A DNA stretch of 64,000 nucleotides from contig OZ234493.1 of NCBI GenBank assembly GCA_965153455.1, positions 29,192,213 through 29,256,212 of the forward strand, written 5' to 3'. The notes beneath the pieces were generated by a model. The model worked only from the letters and a program-made list of their open reading frames with translations. It ran no database searches and was not told where the DNA came from. A program made the position numbers and the translations under genes. Origin of the DNA: Sphagnum compactum. Taxonomy: Eukaryota. Positions 12,241 through 24,228 of the stretch are shown here, one piece after another. Each line of letters opens with the position of its first letter. The stretch's first letter is position 1.

Positions 12241-13262
12241 ATGAGATCCAACAACCTAAATCCCCAGCATGGTTGCCAAATGTAAAACCATAGGATTTGA
12301 TAACCTAATTATCATTAACGAAAGGTTTGCCATGTAGAAAAAAAAGACTTTTTTTTTTGTCTACCTATTGTTTTATAGTAGTTACCATCTTGTAGCAATT
12401 ACCATCTTATAATAACTATCATCTTGCAATAGTTGTCATCATGTTGCACCTACCGTCATCTACAAACTTAAAAAACCAAAGCGCCTGCAAAGTTTTTATT
12501 ACTATTGCCTCCTGTTCACAATACCCACAAACCTCTTATAATTACTACCTACCATTTACAACATCCCTTTACCTTTTATAGCTTTTAAATCCAATGGCTA
12601 TATTCCTTCTATTGTTATATATTTGGTAGCTACCTTCTTATAACAACCCTACCATAATACTATAGTGACAAGTATAAAGAATAATTTCATTGCCAAAGAA
12701 AAGAAAAATCAAATTAATAAACTAATATTCTACATATATTGAGAAAAAAATTACTATCCCTACCTTCCTAAAAATCAATGTAAATAAAAAGAAATTTCAA
12801 CTATTCTCCATTACATAACACTAAATACAACATAGTTTTTCTACCAACTCTCCCAACCTTTCCATATTTCCTCCTACCATGCTATCTTGAAAATGATGAT
12901 AATGATAATGCTAATGATCCTTTTTTTTCTTTTTCAAAGGATAAATAAAGAACCAAGGATGGTTGCCCACCACAAATGTGGGTCTCCTTATCTTCTTCTC
13001 TTCATCCTAATCTTTTTCACGCATCTCATTAATTGATTAGATAACAAATACCAATCCTTATCCTTCTTAAAAATCCTCACATGATTGGTAGATAACCACC
13101 AACCATTCATTTAACTAATCCTATTAGTTTCATCATTTAATAAAAGATGATAAATTATTATCACAAATAACCTTTTAGTTCGTAGGATGCCCATGACACT
13201 AATTAGCCTAGGAATTTGTACCTTTAACACCAAGGTTAACTCACAACAACATTGGTTCTAAC

Positions 13263-13917
13263 TAGTATTGGGTAGTTTTCACTTTGAAAAATAATTATTA
13301 ATTCCAATTCTTGCAAAAGTTTTGAAAATATCAATCTAGTTTTTTAACAAATGTTTTTTTATCAAACTTCCATATTCACCTTAGTTTTTGGACCATTTTT
13401 AAAAAAAAATTGTCAATTTTCTTTGAAAGCCAATTTTTAAATTTATTGTATTTGAATTCAATACTCCCCATTAGGAAGCTAATGTCTTAATCACAAGCCA
13501 TAACTTTTCATTTGTAATACTAATGATGTTTATTTTTATTTAAATTTCTTTTATTCCAATGTGTTTTAAAGGTAAAGCCACTGGCATGTGTAGAATTTAA
13601 ATGAAAATATTATTTTATTTTTTCAAATGTTGCTTAATGGCAAAGACATTATTTAAGATTGAAGAAGTCTTGAGTTTAAATCTCATTTACTAAGCATTTG
13701 TTTTCTTACTTATTATAGCTTCTATACTAGCTTGAAAACCAAACCCAAAAATCCTTTTGTAACCTCCCCATATGTCAAGTTGAAACCCATATGACATCTT
13801 GCTAGTTCTCACAAAGGTGATTATCAACTAAAGTGAGAACCTCCATTTTTTAATGTGAGAATCAACCTGAAAATTGGCTTGAAAACCAACCCCTTAGGTG
13901 GTACCCACCCAACATTG
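13263..13917. mobile_element. hAT-type MITE (decayed)
   Basis: Termini TAGTATTGGGT / ACCCAACATTG. Flanks GTTCTAAC (13255-13262) and TTTCTAAT (13918-13925) are a degenerate 8-bp TSD (6/8). Confidence 0.65.
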
Positions 13918-14339
13918 TTTCTAATTCTCTTGTATTATAAAAGATGGTTGTTCCATGTTAAGTCTAGATTATCATTTAATCTAATCTATGTTGTCAAAAA
14001 CTAATCATTTTCACACTCTAATTGAAAGCATGTAAACTACTTTCCAACACAAACCTAAAACATTGGTTTCAAATCCATTATGTTCTAGAAGATTAAGTCA
14101 TGCTTTTGCTTTAGTTTCGACAATCTTCAACATACATTTTTTTTGCAATCCTTTATTTTTTTGTCTTCTTTAATTTTTACTAGGAAACTTTCAAATTGAG
14201 GGAGGAAATAACATTTGCTATTATGATGAAAGTAACAAGGTTTAGAATTACGTTCAACATGTGTTTGATTTTGTGAATAATTGTCGATTTTGGGTTTTCA
14301 TATCTTTCAAAATTAGAGAATCATCAACTTTTGTTATAA

Positions 14340-15130
14340 TGAAATTTATTTACATTCCGTGTAAGTGTAGAACCATGTAAATTTATTTTTTGTCATGTAA
14401 ACTAGCATAAATGTAAAACAATTACACTTGTATGATTTTACTTGTTCAAGTGAAATAGTGTAAAAACATGTCACTCTTTTTTATGGGAAAGTGTGTTTGG
14501 GGGGGGGGAAGAGATTTAGGTTTAGAATGGTTGTGGTGATAAGCCAATCCAAATGGCCCATTGCAAAGAAAAAAAAACCCATTGAAAACATTTATACTTT
14601 GAAGTGCATGAAAATCAATTAAACTAATTAATATGAATTTTAATAAGTACCCAAGCTCTTGTAAAATCCAAAGTCAGAAATGGTGATGAACAAAGTTAGG
14701 AATAAAAATTTTACTTAAACAATTAGGTGAAGCAAAATGCACTAAAAAAATGTGCACCCAAGATATTCCCTGAAAAAACATCACAATTTGTCCCATATTC
14801 TTTGCCCATAAGTTTGGGCTTATATTGTACATAGCTGGTTAAACGGAAGCACTACCATAATCCCATATTGGTAGAAAATGCTTCTATTTGAGGAATATTC
14901 AAAACACCATGAATTTTTTTTTGTGACAGGTCAGTCAAAGTGACATGTTACAAATAATTTTTTTAAAATAAAATAAAATAAAATAAATAAATAGAGCTTT
15001 GGGATGCACCCACATTTGGATGTACTCACACCTAATTAATATGGATTGCAAGTAGGTAATAGTTAGTAAAGGTGTATAGTATATATATTTACATTTACAT
15101 GCCCCAAAACATTTACATGGAATTTATAGG
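14340..15130. repeat. Dispersed repeat modules (TGTAAATGTAAAA / GTGATAxxCCAATC...CCCATTGCAAA) shared with ~61270-62165
   Basis: GTGATAAGCCAATCCAAATGGCCCATTGCAAAG at ~14536 matches GTGATAGACCAATCAAATGACCCATTGCAAA at 61501. TGTAAA/TTTACA-rich blocks flank both. Confidence 0.65.
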
Positions 15131-15696
15131 TTATATATATGGCTATTGATACTCACAACACACACTAGTTGGTACATTCATGTTTTTGATAACTGCTCAA
15201 CACTAAATTGGAACTACCCTATAAAATCTGACCTCATGACTACTCTTATGTTTTCGTGCTCCAATTTGTTGGCCTAGCAAGGCAAGGATATTGTGTTTAG
15301 ATTCATTATAGAGTATAGTACCTTAAACGATTTTGGCCCGTAGGTAATAATAGGTCTACTTTTATACGAGGATTTTTGAAAGATGATATGTTTGCTTGTG
15401 TTGAAACTTGAGATTAGTTATATAGTTATGATATCTTGAAAGATTTTGGTTTCTTTCAGAGGATTTTGTGAAGATTATATTTTTGCATGGTGAAATATTT
15501 GAGTTTCCATAATTCTTCTTTTGCCTTCAGATACTTTTTAATGTAAATGGCAAGGCCAGAGTGTGACACACCCCTTGTTTATTCCCCATTTATGAATCAT
15601 AAGTACCATCAAGCTGATTTGATGGTCAGATTGTGATGGGGGTTGAGATGTGGGAAAGGAAGAAGGAGCCAAAGCCATGTGACTTGCTTCATAAGG

Positions 15697-16028
15697 GAGT
15701 TATCTGTAAAGTACCCCAATTTGGGGGGTACTGAACCCCAGTTTTGCCAAAAGTAATGAAATAAAAAAGTCAGGTTGAAAACCTTACACAGGAGAAAAAA
15801 AGAGGTGACCAAACTGGTTTTCTCACCCTCACATGAGCTTCACCTTCAAGTATGGATTTGCTTTACCTCCTGCGCAATACAATCCTGCAAATCTTGTGAA
15901 CTGCTACCCAGTTTTGTATGATGGTACCCAGTTTCGCTCACTTTCCACCTATACTCAAATTGGGGATGGAACAGGGATCTCATGGTCAAGCTAGGGCTCA
16001 AACACAGGGTGGCTTCAAGGGTGACTCT
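15697..16028 (+). mobile_element. MITE-like element, type B (terminus GAGTTATCTGTAAAGT)
   Basis: Collinear with 21030-21400 and, in reverse orientation, with 42993-43308. Confidence 0.7.
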
Positions 16029-16339
16029 AATAGCTGCCATGCTCACTTGTATGTTTCTTCAAAAGTACTCCTTCCGATCATGAGTTTTAGACCTCAATTC
16101 AAACTTTTTTGAGCTGTACAAAGCAAGGTTTGGTTTGCCCATTTGTACTGGAACATGAATGGTAGCCATGTAAATTGAACTGGTATTCTAAATCATATGA
16201 ATCGAACCAATACAAGTGAGTACTTTAGCGGATCTTTGTACCAAACATCAGTGAAACGTGACACTCTCAGAACACCAATAATGTTTGTGCAGTTCCGATC
16301 ATGAGTTTTGGACCTTAATTTTTGTAATAGAATATTATG

Positions 16340-16617
16340 GAGAGTAATTATAGTCGTTGTAAAAGGTAGGAGCAGTGAAAATATATGCAGCAGCAGTGGA
16401 GGCGCTCAGGAAAAATGAAAGACAGGATGAAACTCAGTTTACCACCAAAATTGGTAGAAAAAGTAGTTTGGTTACCACCAAAATTGGTGGAAAAAGTAGT
16501 TTGGGTCCCAGTTATTTTATTTTGTAAAATTTTCATTCTCGGTTAAGCGTTTGATGCCCTATTATGCCAAAACTGACTGTTCTCGCCCCGTAATCACGGG
16601 ACTTTACAGATAACTCC
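16340..16617 (-). mobile_element. MITE-like element, type A (truncated)
   Basis: GCAGCAGTGGAGGCGCTCAGG...GAAACTCAGTTTACCACCAA...ACTTTACAGATAACTCC is near-identical to ~43460-43690. Confidence 0.75.
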
Positions 16618-17299
16618 AATAAGCCTTTCAAATTGTTGGCCCTTGGGCCTTATTCCACATATTTCAGTATATCTGATCATGACAGAAATCATTTGGCTAG
16701 AGCCCAGATTTCCCAGAATCTATAGAATACAATAATGGTGTATGTTTGAGCCATTCATACCAGTGTTGGCCAGGTATTGCTTTTTCTTTTTCTTTTTCCA
16801 TAACTGGTCAGTTAGTTTTATTTATTTAATAATTTCTAATAAATAATGTCAAATTTATATTTATCAATTTTAATGTCAAAATAATTCCCCCATTGTCAAT
16901 TTACTCAGTTTTCAGAAAGTAATAATTGCCAATTATGTGTAAAAGATTCTCAAATACTTGCCTTGAGAGCCTCTGGTTAAACTACCTAAGTAGGGTAGTT
17001 TATTCACTCTCAATGTGACTTCCACCACCACTTATACAACTGAATTGAGGCTAAATAAGATTTATCAAACCAAATAAAACACAAGAGAAGACTGTCATGA
17101 CCATGTAACACAACCTATAAACCTAATGAATAGAGGGGAGGGGGGGTTTCAGAAGCTCTTGATAAAAGACAAGAAAAGACCATCATGACCACAACCACCA
17201 CATACACAGATGAAGTGAGGATGGGTAAGCTCTATAGAGTTGGACAAAAAAAAAGAAAAGACCATCATGGCCATAAATGAGCTTTGGTAAACTTTACAA

Positions 17300-17550
17300 A
17301 ACTAAGTTATTAAGCATAAGAAGTGACCATCACAATTAATAATTAAGGTGCAAAAGATTCACAAAGTTGCAATTACCATAAAACAAGACGACCACCGTTA
17401 AGAGCTAGGGTCCAAAGGATCTATAAAGTTGCAATTACCATAAGAGAAGACCATCACCATTAAAAATTAGTGTCTAAAGGTTTTACAAAACTGTAATTAC
17501 CAAAGAAAAAGATGACCACCACCATAATTTGGGTCTAACTTTTATACAAA
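17300..17550. repeat. Degenerate ~61-bp tandem repeat
   Basis: AAAGTTGCAATTACCATAA recurs at ~17363 and ~17425, with a decayed copy at ~17487, each followed by GACCA(C/T)CACC-like motifs. Confidence 0.6.
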
Positions 17551-20342
17551 GTTTTAACTCCAAAATTGTAGTACAAATTGAGGTTTTCTGAATCATTGAA
17601 TTCTATGAGCTCACACAATTGTAGGCAACATTTTAGACATTCAACTTCAAATAGAAAACAAGCTTTCAAAAAGAGAATGCCTAAAAGATCCAAACTAGTA
17701 ATTTTCCAAATGGTATTCATAATTGTTGCATTTGACAATTAAAAATGCATACCATTCCACATATTTCACCCACAATTGTATACCAAGTTTTACTTACTTG
17801 GCGTAGATGCTTGAGCATGAAATGGGTTTTAAGTAGGCATGGAAAAATATAACCTATGACATTTACATGATCAAGGAAAGGCGACAATTGGATTTCATCC
17901 AAATCTAAAATTGTAATTTAGTTGGAGGTTGAAGTTTTGGGGAATAAGGTTATAGAACTTTTTACATTCTTTGGAGGCTCACATTCAAAATGTAAGAGGG
18001 ATTGTGCTAGCCATGCACTAATTAAGGCTTGAACAAATTCACACAATTTGTGACCAAGGATGAAAAAAGACCATGAGGAAGGCCTCATAAAAGCTCAAGT
18101 AATGCATGTCACAGTTGTACAAGACATCCTTGTCTTCCCCCACTTTCTTTAAACAATTGTGATTTTTTAAAAAAAAACCTCACTTATGAAGTGTGAAACC
18201 TTTGGACCAAACCTCTCCACACTAGTTGTTTTGATTTGTCAAATCTTCCTTGTGCACAAAGCTCCAAACTATGCAGACACTTTCTTTGCTTTGCACACAT
18301 TTTTCTTTCATGAGCTCCTTTTTTCACACTCAAGCTCCCTCTCTCCCTTTTGCTCTTATGAGATTTTCAAACTTGTGTGTTCAAAGCACAATGAACACGA
18401 GCCTAAAAATACATCCAAATCTTGCAAAGGTCAAAAAATGCACATGTGATGAAATTTCTGTGACTAAAACATCAACTTAGGACCAAATTGGTTTGAGCCC
18501 AATATTTGGTGTGTAAGTGAATTTGGGTTCATCTTGACATGTTGTAACATTTTCATGCCAACTTAGGCATTTTGGCCCCTATTTTGGCTTAACACATGGT
18601 TTTGATGCACATTCTCTTGGACTTTATGAGTAATTTTAACAAAGGAAAAATTTAACAAAGTTTAGGTAGGTTAGGTTAATTTGGGATATAAATCAACTTC
18701 TAGTGTCTCCACATCAGAGGTTCTAAGTTTTGTTGCAACGACCATTGAACCTAATTGAACATTCAATTTTTTAAAAAATGGAATTAGAATTTAAACTAGG
18801 GTGTTGCCCCATGTAGGTTCTTTAGGTAAATAAGTGTGTGTGTGTATACATATACATATACATATATATATATATAAAGTTGGAAGTTATTGCATTTGAC
18901 TTATTGTATATTATCTCTATCTTGAACTGGACTAGTTGAACAAACTAGTATTACCAAAAAAGAAAAGAAAAGTTTGTTTAATTACGCGTGATGGACATGA
19001 AACCATATCTAGTCTTAAATTGAATTGGCTCTAAATTCATTGTGAAAATGATTGGAACCGAAGGTTTTAGAAATCCAAAGAATTGGTCTCAAGACTGGAC
19101 TAGAAGTTTCATATTAAATTATATTTTGAAAAGAAAAGAAAAGAAAGACTTGCACATCACATGTTCCTTTCGAAATCAAGAACCAAACAACACTAGTTCA
19201 TTCCTCTTCCTAAAATCTGTCCAACACTGATCATTACCTGTTGTAATAAGCTAGCGAGTGGTGGGCTGTAGCACAAGGATAGTACTTGGTGAGTGTTGCA
19301 GTTGCAATTAGTACTAATGCACGGGTGAAAAACCTTCATGAAATAAACAAGTTTGCACGAAAGCCTCGACATTCTACCTACTTGCACAACTCTCTCTCTC
19401 TCTCTCTCTTGTTCATACATATTTTTACAACTAAATTTACTGAATGGAATTGGTTGTGGTGATGACAGTTTTGGAGCTTTTGTCTGGCCAATTGATTATT
19501 ATTGTCGTAGCTCCTTCCAGATTCTTAGCTGCTGCCCCTAGTGTTGTTATATATATCCACGGGCGCCCTTTGGTACACTCTTACTGAAGGCTCCACTTTA
19601 TCTGCCTCACGTGCTTTCTACTTTGCAGTGCAGCATGACATGGCTGGCTATCAAGGTAATGGATGAGGGAGTAGTGCACATATCCTTCCAGCTTTAGATC
19701 CACTGCTTGCAATAGTACCACAGCTTTCAGTGCTGGGCAATGTGTGTTTTCTTAGGAATTTTCTGTTTTTTAGCCAAAGTGGCAATCATCCATAGAAAGA
19801 TTCAGAAAAAATGGCGTTCTTCCTTATGAAGATTGAGCCAAATCTGGCTATAAACCATATATGCAGTACACATATGACCATTCTAACAAGTGTTTTGGTG
19901 GTGGATTTTCGCACTGTTGTAACCCGAAAAGAAAAAACCGGTGCTAATTGTACAAGTGCTTGAAATATGGCAAAAGTTGAAATATGGCACTTGAAATACT
20001 GCAAAAGTTGCCATATTTCAAGGGAAAAAAAAGTCCCATGTCATTATATTTAGCCAATTAGTTCCTACAGGTCGCCAGAACTAGGCAGGAATCTCTAAAA
20101 AATCTACTTTAACTGTCTGACTGACCTGTAGCCAAATGTGGCTCACTCCTCTTTGTGGATGATGGCCAGTCCACCACCTAGCCTACTTGACAAAATTGAA
20201 AAAAAAAACCTTGATTCTAACTCCTGGAGATTGGATTCTGAACAGATGCAAATATTTTGTCAGATATCCTAGAAACTGTTGTTGACATATCCTGGCTAGT
20301 TAGTTGCCAGTGAGTCTTTAGACATTGCAGTCAAAAGATCAA

Positions 20343-20435
20343 TTACATAAGTTAGGAATTACATTTTTGGTTCAGAATCTTTTTTTGGGTCTCTCAAGAA
20401 TGACTGGAAATCACTAAATTCCTAACTTATGTGGT
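20343..20435 (+). other. Fold-back hairpin 1 (MIRNA-like candidate)
   Basis: ACATAAGTTAGGAATT (20345-20360) pairs perfectly with AATTCCTAACTTATGT (20417-20432). An inner G:U-rich stem extends it. Confidence 0.4.
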
Positions 20436-20580
20436 CAGCTCCACAAGCTTGATGTAACTTCTTGCAAAGATGATCCAAGATTTACAAGTCTACTTACATG
20501 AGCATGTTAAGAGGAATGAGAGAAACAAGCATCTAATTAGATCTGCTGATCTGCATACTGATCAGATGCCAAATGTGTAA

Positions 20581-20686
20581 GGTAAAGCACAAGGGTGAGG
20601 GCATTACTGAACTAATGGCTTGTGCTAGGCAGCAGCTGCGTGCTGCCTGATTTTGCTTAATGCCCTTGCCTCCTGTGTGCTTTACC
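20581..20686 (+). ncRNA. Candidate MIRNA precursor hairpin
   Basis: 20581-20606 pairs with 20658-20686 (26 pairs including two G:U, 3 bulged nt), plus an inner stem AGGCAGCA/TGCTGCCT. No known miRNA sequence recognised. Confidence 0.4.
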
Positions 20687-21029
20687 AAGAATAAAGAGCA
20701 ACCTCCGGCATTTTTCATTCATTTATTTCTTTGTGATACTCGGAGGGTACCCATTGGGTATCATGTAAAAAACAACACCAGGCTTTACAGAAACAGGATG
20801 ATCCCAAGAGCAAAACTTTGCATTTTTTGAAAAGCTTGACAGATTTTACACTTTGCAAAGCCCTCTCTAGATACACTAGAGAAACCAGAGGCCGTCTTTA
20901 TGAAATGCACAAATAACTGCACAACACTGAAAACAACTATAAAAGGTGACCATCAAGGATTGATGTTGAACAGAAGCCCAAATTGACAAAATGTAATAAG
21001 CAAGTAAGTAACAAGTCCTCTAGGTACTG

Positions 21030-21400
21030 AAATTATCGGTAAAGTACCCTAAAGGCTGGGGTGGGTACTGAGCCCCAATTTTGACAAAACTGAGGACGAA
21101 ATCAAAAGTCAGGATGGAAACAGTACACAAGAAAGAAAGGAGGGACCCAAACTGGGTTTTCTTGCTTAAGTTAGTCCTCAAATGAAATGAATTTCACCCC
21201 CAATGCCTTGCCTGTGTGTTCACTACTAATTATTTTCTTCATTAGATCAAGTCTTGTTAGAATAAAATCTTGCAAATCTTGTAAACTGATGCCCAGTTCA
21301 TTAAGTGGTATTCAATTTCATTCACTTTGCATCTACACTCAAATCAGGGATGAAAAAGGGATTATAGGGTCAAACTAAGGCTCCTACGTAAGGATAACTT
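21030..21400 (+). mobile_element. MITE-like element, type B
   Basis: Termini AAATTATCGGTAAAGT / TAAGGATAACTT; internal sequence collinear with 15697-16028. Confidence 0.7.
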
Positions 21401-22138
21401 CGTTGCATGTAACAATAGTTAGGTCATCTTTTCATGAGGCTGCTTTAAACAGAGATTCTGCCTTAACAGTAGCTTTCCATTACTTTTATTCTACCTGGCT
21501 ATGCTCACAATCACCTCATAACTCTATTAGTCAAGCATTGACCAAAACGCATGAGTAGTGAGAGCTCTAAGTCATATTGTGAATCATCTTTCATTTTTGT
21601 CATGAGAACATGTGTTTAAAAAACAATTCTCTTGAAACTTGAAATTTCCTTACAATTGCAATGTTCTCAGAGTTCTTAATGTTGATTACCTACAAAATTT
21701 CAACCCTGTTGCAATTCTCTAACAGAAAGAGCCTATCCTTGATGCAAAAAACAAAGACTCATTTCAATGATTTTCTATGATCACAGCAGACTAATGGAAA
21801 CAGACTCTTATGTTCAGACACCAAACTTCACCAGATGACCAAAAGCTGCAGGGGCCACCAAACATGATCTTTTCAACTTTTTCAGACTCCCAAACTGAGA
21901 AAAATTATAATTCTTGAGAGTCTGAAAAAGTTGAAAAGATCATGTAAGATTGGTTCTAACATGATGAGGCAAAGATGGAGATCTAAAAGTTCTGAACTCT
22001 GAACAAATGACATTGGACACAAAATCTTGTTTTTGTTTTGGAGACACTCGAATGTTGAATAGGAGGAGGAGGTGTGAGAGCATGTCCACCCACACACACC
22101 CAATTTAGGCCTTTATCAATTTATATTTAGGTCCAAAC

Positions 22139-22317
22139 CAATGTTGGAGGCTTATTTGAATTTTCAAAAAAACTGTTGGTCTTGGTTATTTCAAAATCTT
22201 CAAAAAATCCGTGGATTTCATGAAAGAACCGATGGATTTCTGGCTGGCTATTTGATTTGCTACAATTTTTTTTGAAAACCATGATTATTTATCAAAATCG
22301 GTAACTGCCTGACACTG
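22139..22317. mobile_element. hAT-type MITE, 179 bp
   Basis: Termini CAATGTTGG / CTGACACTG; 8-bp TSD GTCCAAAC (22131-22138) and GTCCAAAG (22318-22325). Confidence 0.75.
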
Positions 22318-22415
22318 GTCCAAAGTCCAAACCCAGTTAGGCTTTGAGAAGTTGATAATCACAAGAGAACAGTTCAAATAACGTTGGCAGCAAGAACTAG
22401 AGGAGGAAAGGGCTA

Positions 22416-22461
22416 GGGTGAACCAGCACCCACCTCAATGCAGGTGGGTGCTGGTTCACCC
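22416..22461. repeat. Perfect 20-bp inverted repeat with 6-nt loop
   Basis: GGGTGAACCAGCACCCACCT-caatgc-AGGTGGGTGCTGGTTCACCC. Confidence 0.95.
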
Positions 22462-23216
22462 AAGAGTGCATGAAAGAGCTTGAAATTCATGAGTACTCAC
22501 CCTCCTCCATTGCCATGGAAACCAATCTGTAAATTATTGAACTGTGGATCAAAACCTGATGGAGCAATGAAGCGGAGTCTTGAAAGTGGGCCTATAACAA
22601 TAAGTATTTCTTCTTATAACAATGGTTTCTGTACATGATTGGCATTCTTTATTAATATACAGGATGCCACTATTTGTACCGCTTGTCATTAAGCTTCCTC
22701 AGGACCAATAACAAAAGTGTGGCAATATCTGCAAATCAGATCTAAATCTCCACACATGCACACACAACACACAGAGACAGTAGGACCCATACTGGATTTC
22801 ATATGCAAAAGTTGAACAAGCTGATCCTAGTAGCCCTGCTAACAATTTGCTATTTTTGTCTGAAGATAGGAAGCAACTGCTATATAAACCCATTTTCACA
22901 GTCAAAAGTTCATGCCCAGTTTTTCTTTGCCTTGCAACTAAGAACTCTAAAGTCTAACTAACTGCCTGCTCATGCTCCCAGCTGTAAGTATGTGGTGGAA
23001 AAAAGGAACATAAGAGAGCTTCTTTGAATATCTTGCTTCAATGGAAAATCTTAGATTCCTGTCATATCCATTAAATTCATGTATTGCCATGACCGATCCA
23101 CTGTTTTCGAGAAGCAGCTATCACTTGAAAACTTTGACAAATATATCCTTTTCTCATGTGAATGCTTAGTTGACGTTCTCTTTTAGTCTTAGTCCTTGTC
23201 GCTGGTTGGTCGAAGA

Positions 23217-23330
23217 GGCAAAGTTTATCTCATGCATGCTCCTCTTTACAAGCATGATTCCATGTCTCAACCAGGCAAAGTTTATCTCATGCATCCTCCT
23301 CTCTACAAGCATGATTCCATGTCCCAACCT
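23217..23330. repeat. 57-bp tandem duplication
   Basis: GGCAAAGTTTATCTCATGCAT(G/C)CTCCTCT..ACAAGCATGATTCCATGTC occurs at 23217 and 23274. Confidence 0.9.
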
Positions 23331-23839
23331 CCCGAATTTTAAAAATTCAAATCTAACTTACTTACACCTAAACTTAATTTGAAGATTGTCCTCAACAAAT
23401 GTTAACTCGAATTTCGGATTCCCCTTAGTGCCAATCCATATGGCTATTAATGTTTATGGGTGAGAATATGATGATATTTATAACTAAAACTAATATAAAG
23501 GGAAAAAGATGTTACATACATTGGAGATGCTGGAACTAATAACTTCAAAGATGAGAATAGATTGAGATGAGAACTTAAGATTGTCATATGCGGTCAGTAA
23601 TGTTAGAATCAACTTCTCCTCCTTCCATCACTCCTCCTTTGTCTGCTCCTATATAGACACCCAAGCAAAAGGGTAGATGCAACTGCATTCCACAGGTCTG
23701 TATGTCAGACCCATTATTTTGCAATGAGATTTGGAGATTTTGTGTAGGGTAAAGCCCCAGCAGCCGAGTGGAGGAGGGCTGTGTGAAAATAAGAGACCCA
23801 AACAAGGCAAGAGCTGAGTTGGGTTTTGTCTTGCTAATA

Positions 23840-24228
23840 AAGTTATCCCTAAAGGCAGGCGATTAGGGGGCTAGAACGGCCAGTTTCGGCATAATAGGGC
23901 ATCAAATGTGTAACTGGGAATGAAATTTTACAAAACAAATTAACTGGGACCCAAACTAGTTTTTCCACCAGTTTTGGTGGTAAACTGAGTTTCATCCCCT
24001 CTTTCCTTTCTCCTTAGCGCCTCCACTACTACTACATATATTTTCACTGTTCTACCTGCAGAACTACATAATTAGTCTTGAACCTTGTGCATTAAATGCT
24101 GAGTTTCAACATTTCATACCAAGATGTAATAAAATTTCCTTACTTTGCAGATAGCTCTGAAAGAGGGAAGAGGGGGTGAAAGCAGAGGGGACAGGGGATG
24201 AAAGAGAGGATGACTTTATGCATAACTT
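23840..24228 (+). mobile_element. MITE-like element, type A (full length)
   Basis: Termini AAGTTATCCCTAAAG / CTTTATGCATAACTT, flanked by TAATA on both sides. It is the reverse-complement homologue of 43321-43690; partial copies lie at ~8730-8825 and ~61775-61960. Confidence 0.8.

Noticed and set aside
17717-17902. F-box-like phrase (LRQVSKTWYTIV)
   Set aside because: Too short and embedded in decayed repeat-like DNA; cannot be supported without a search.
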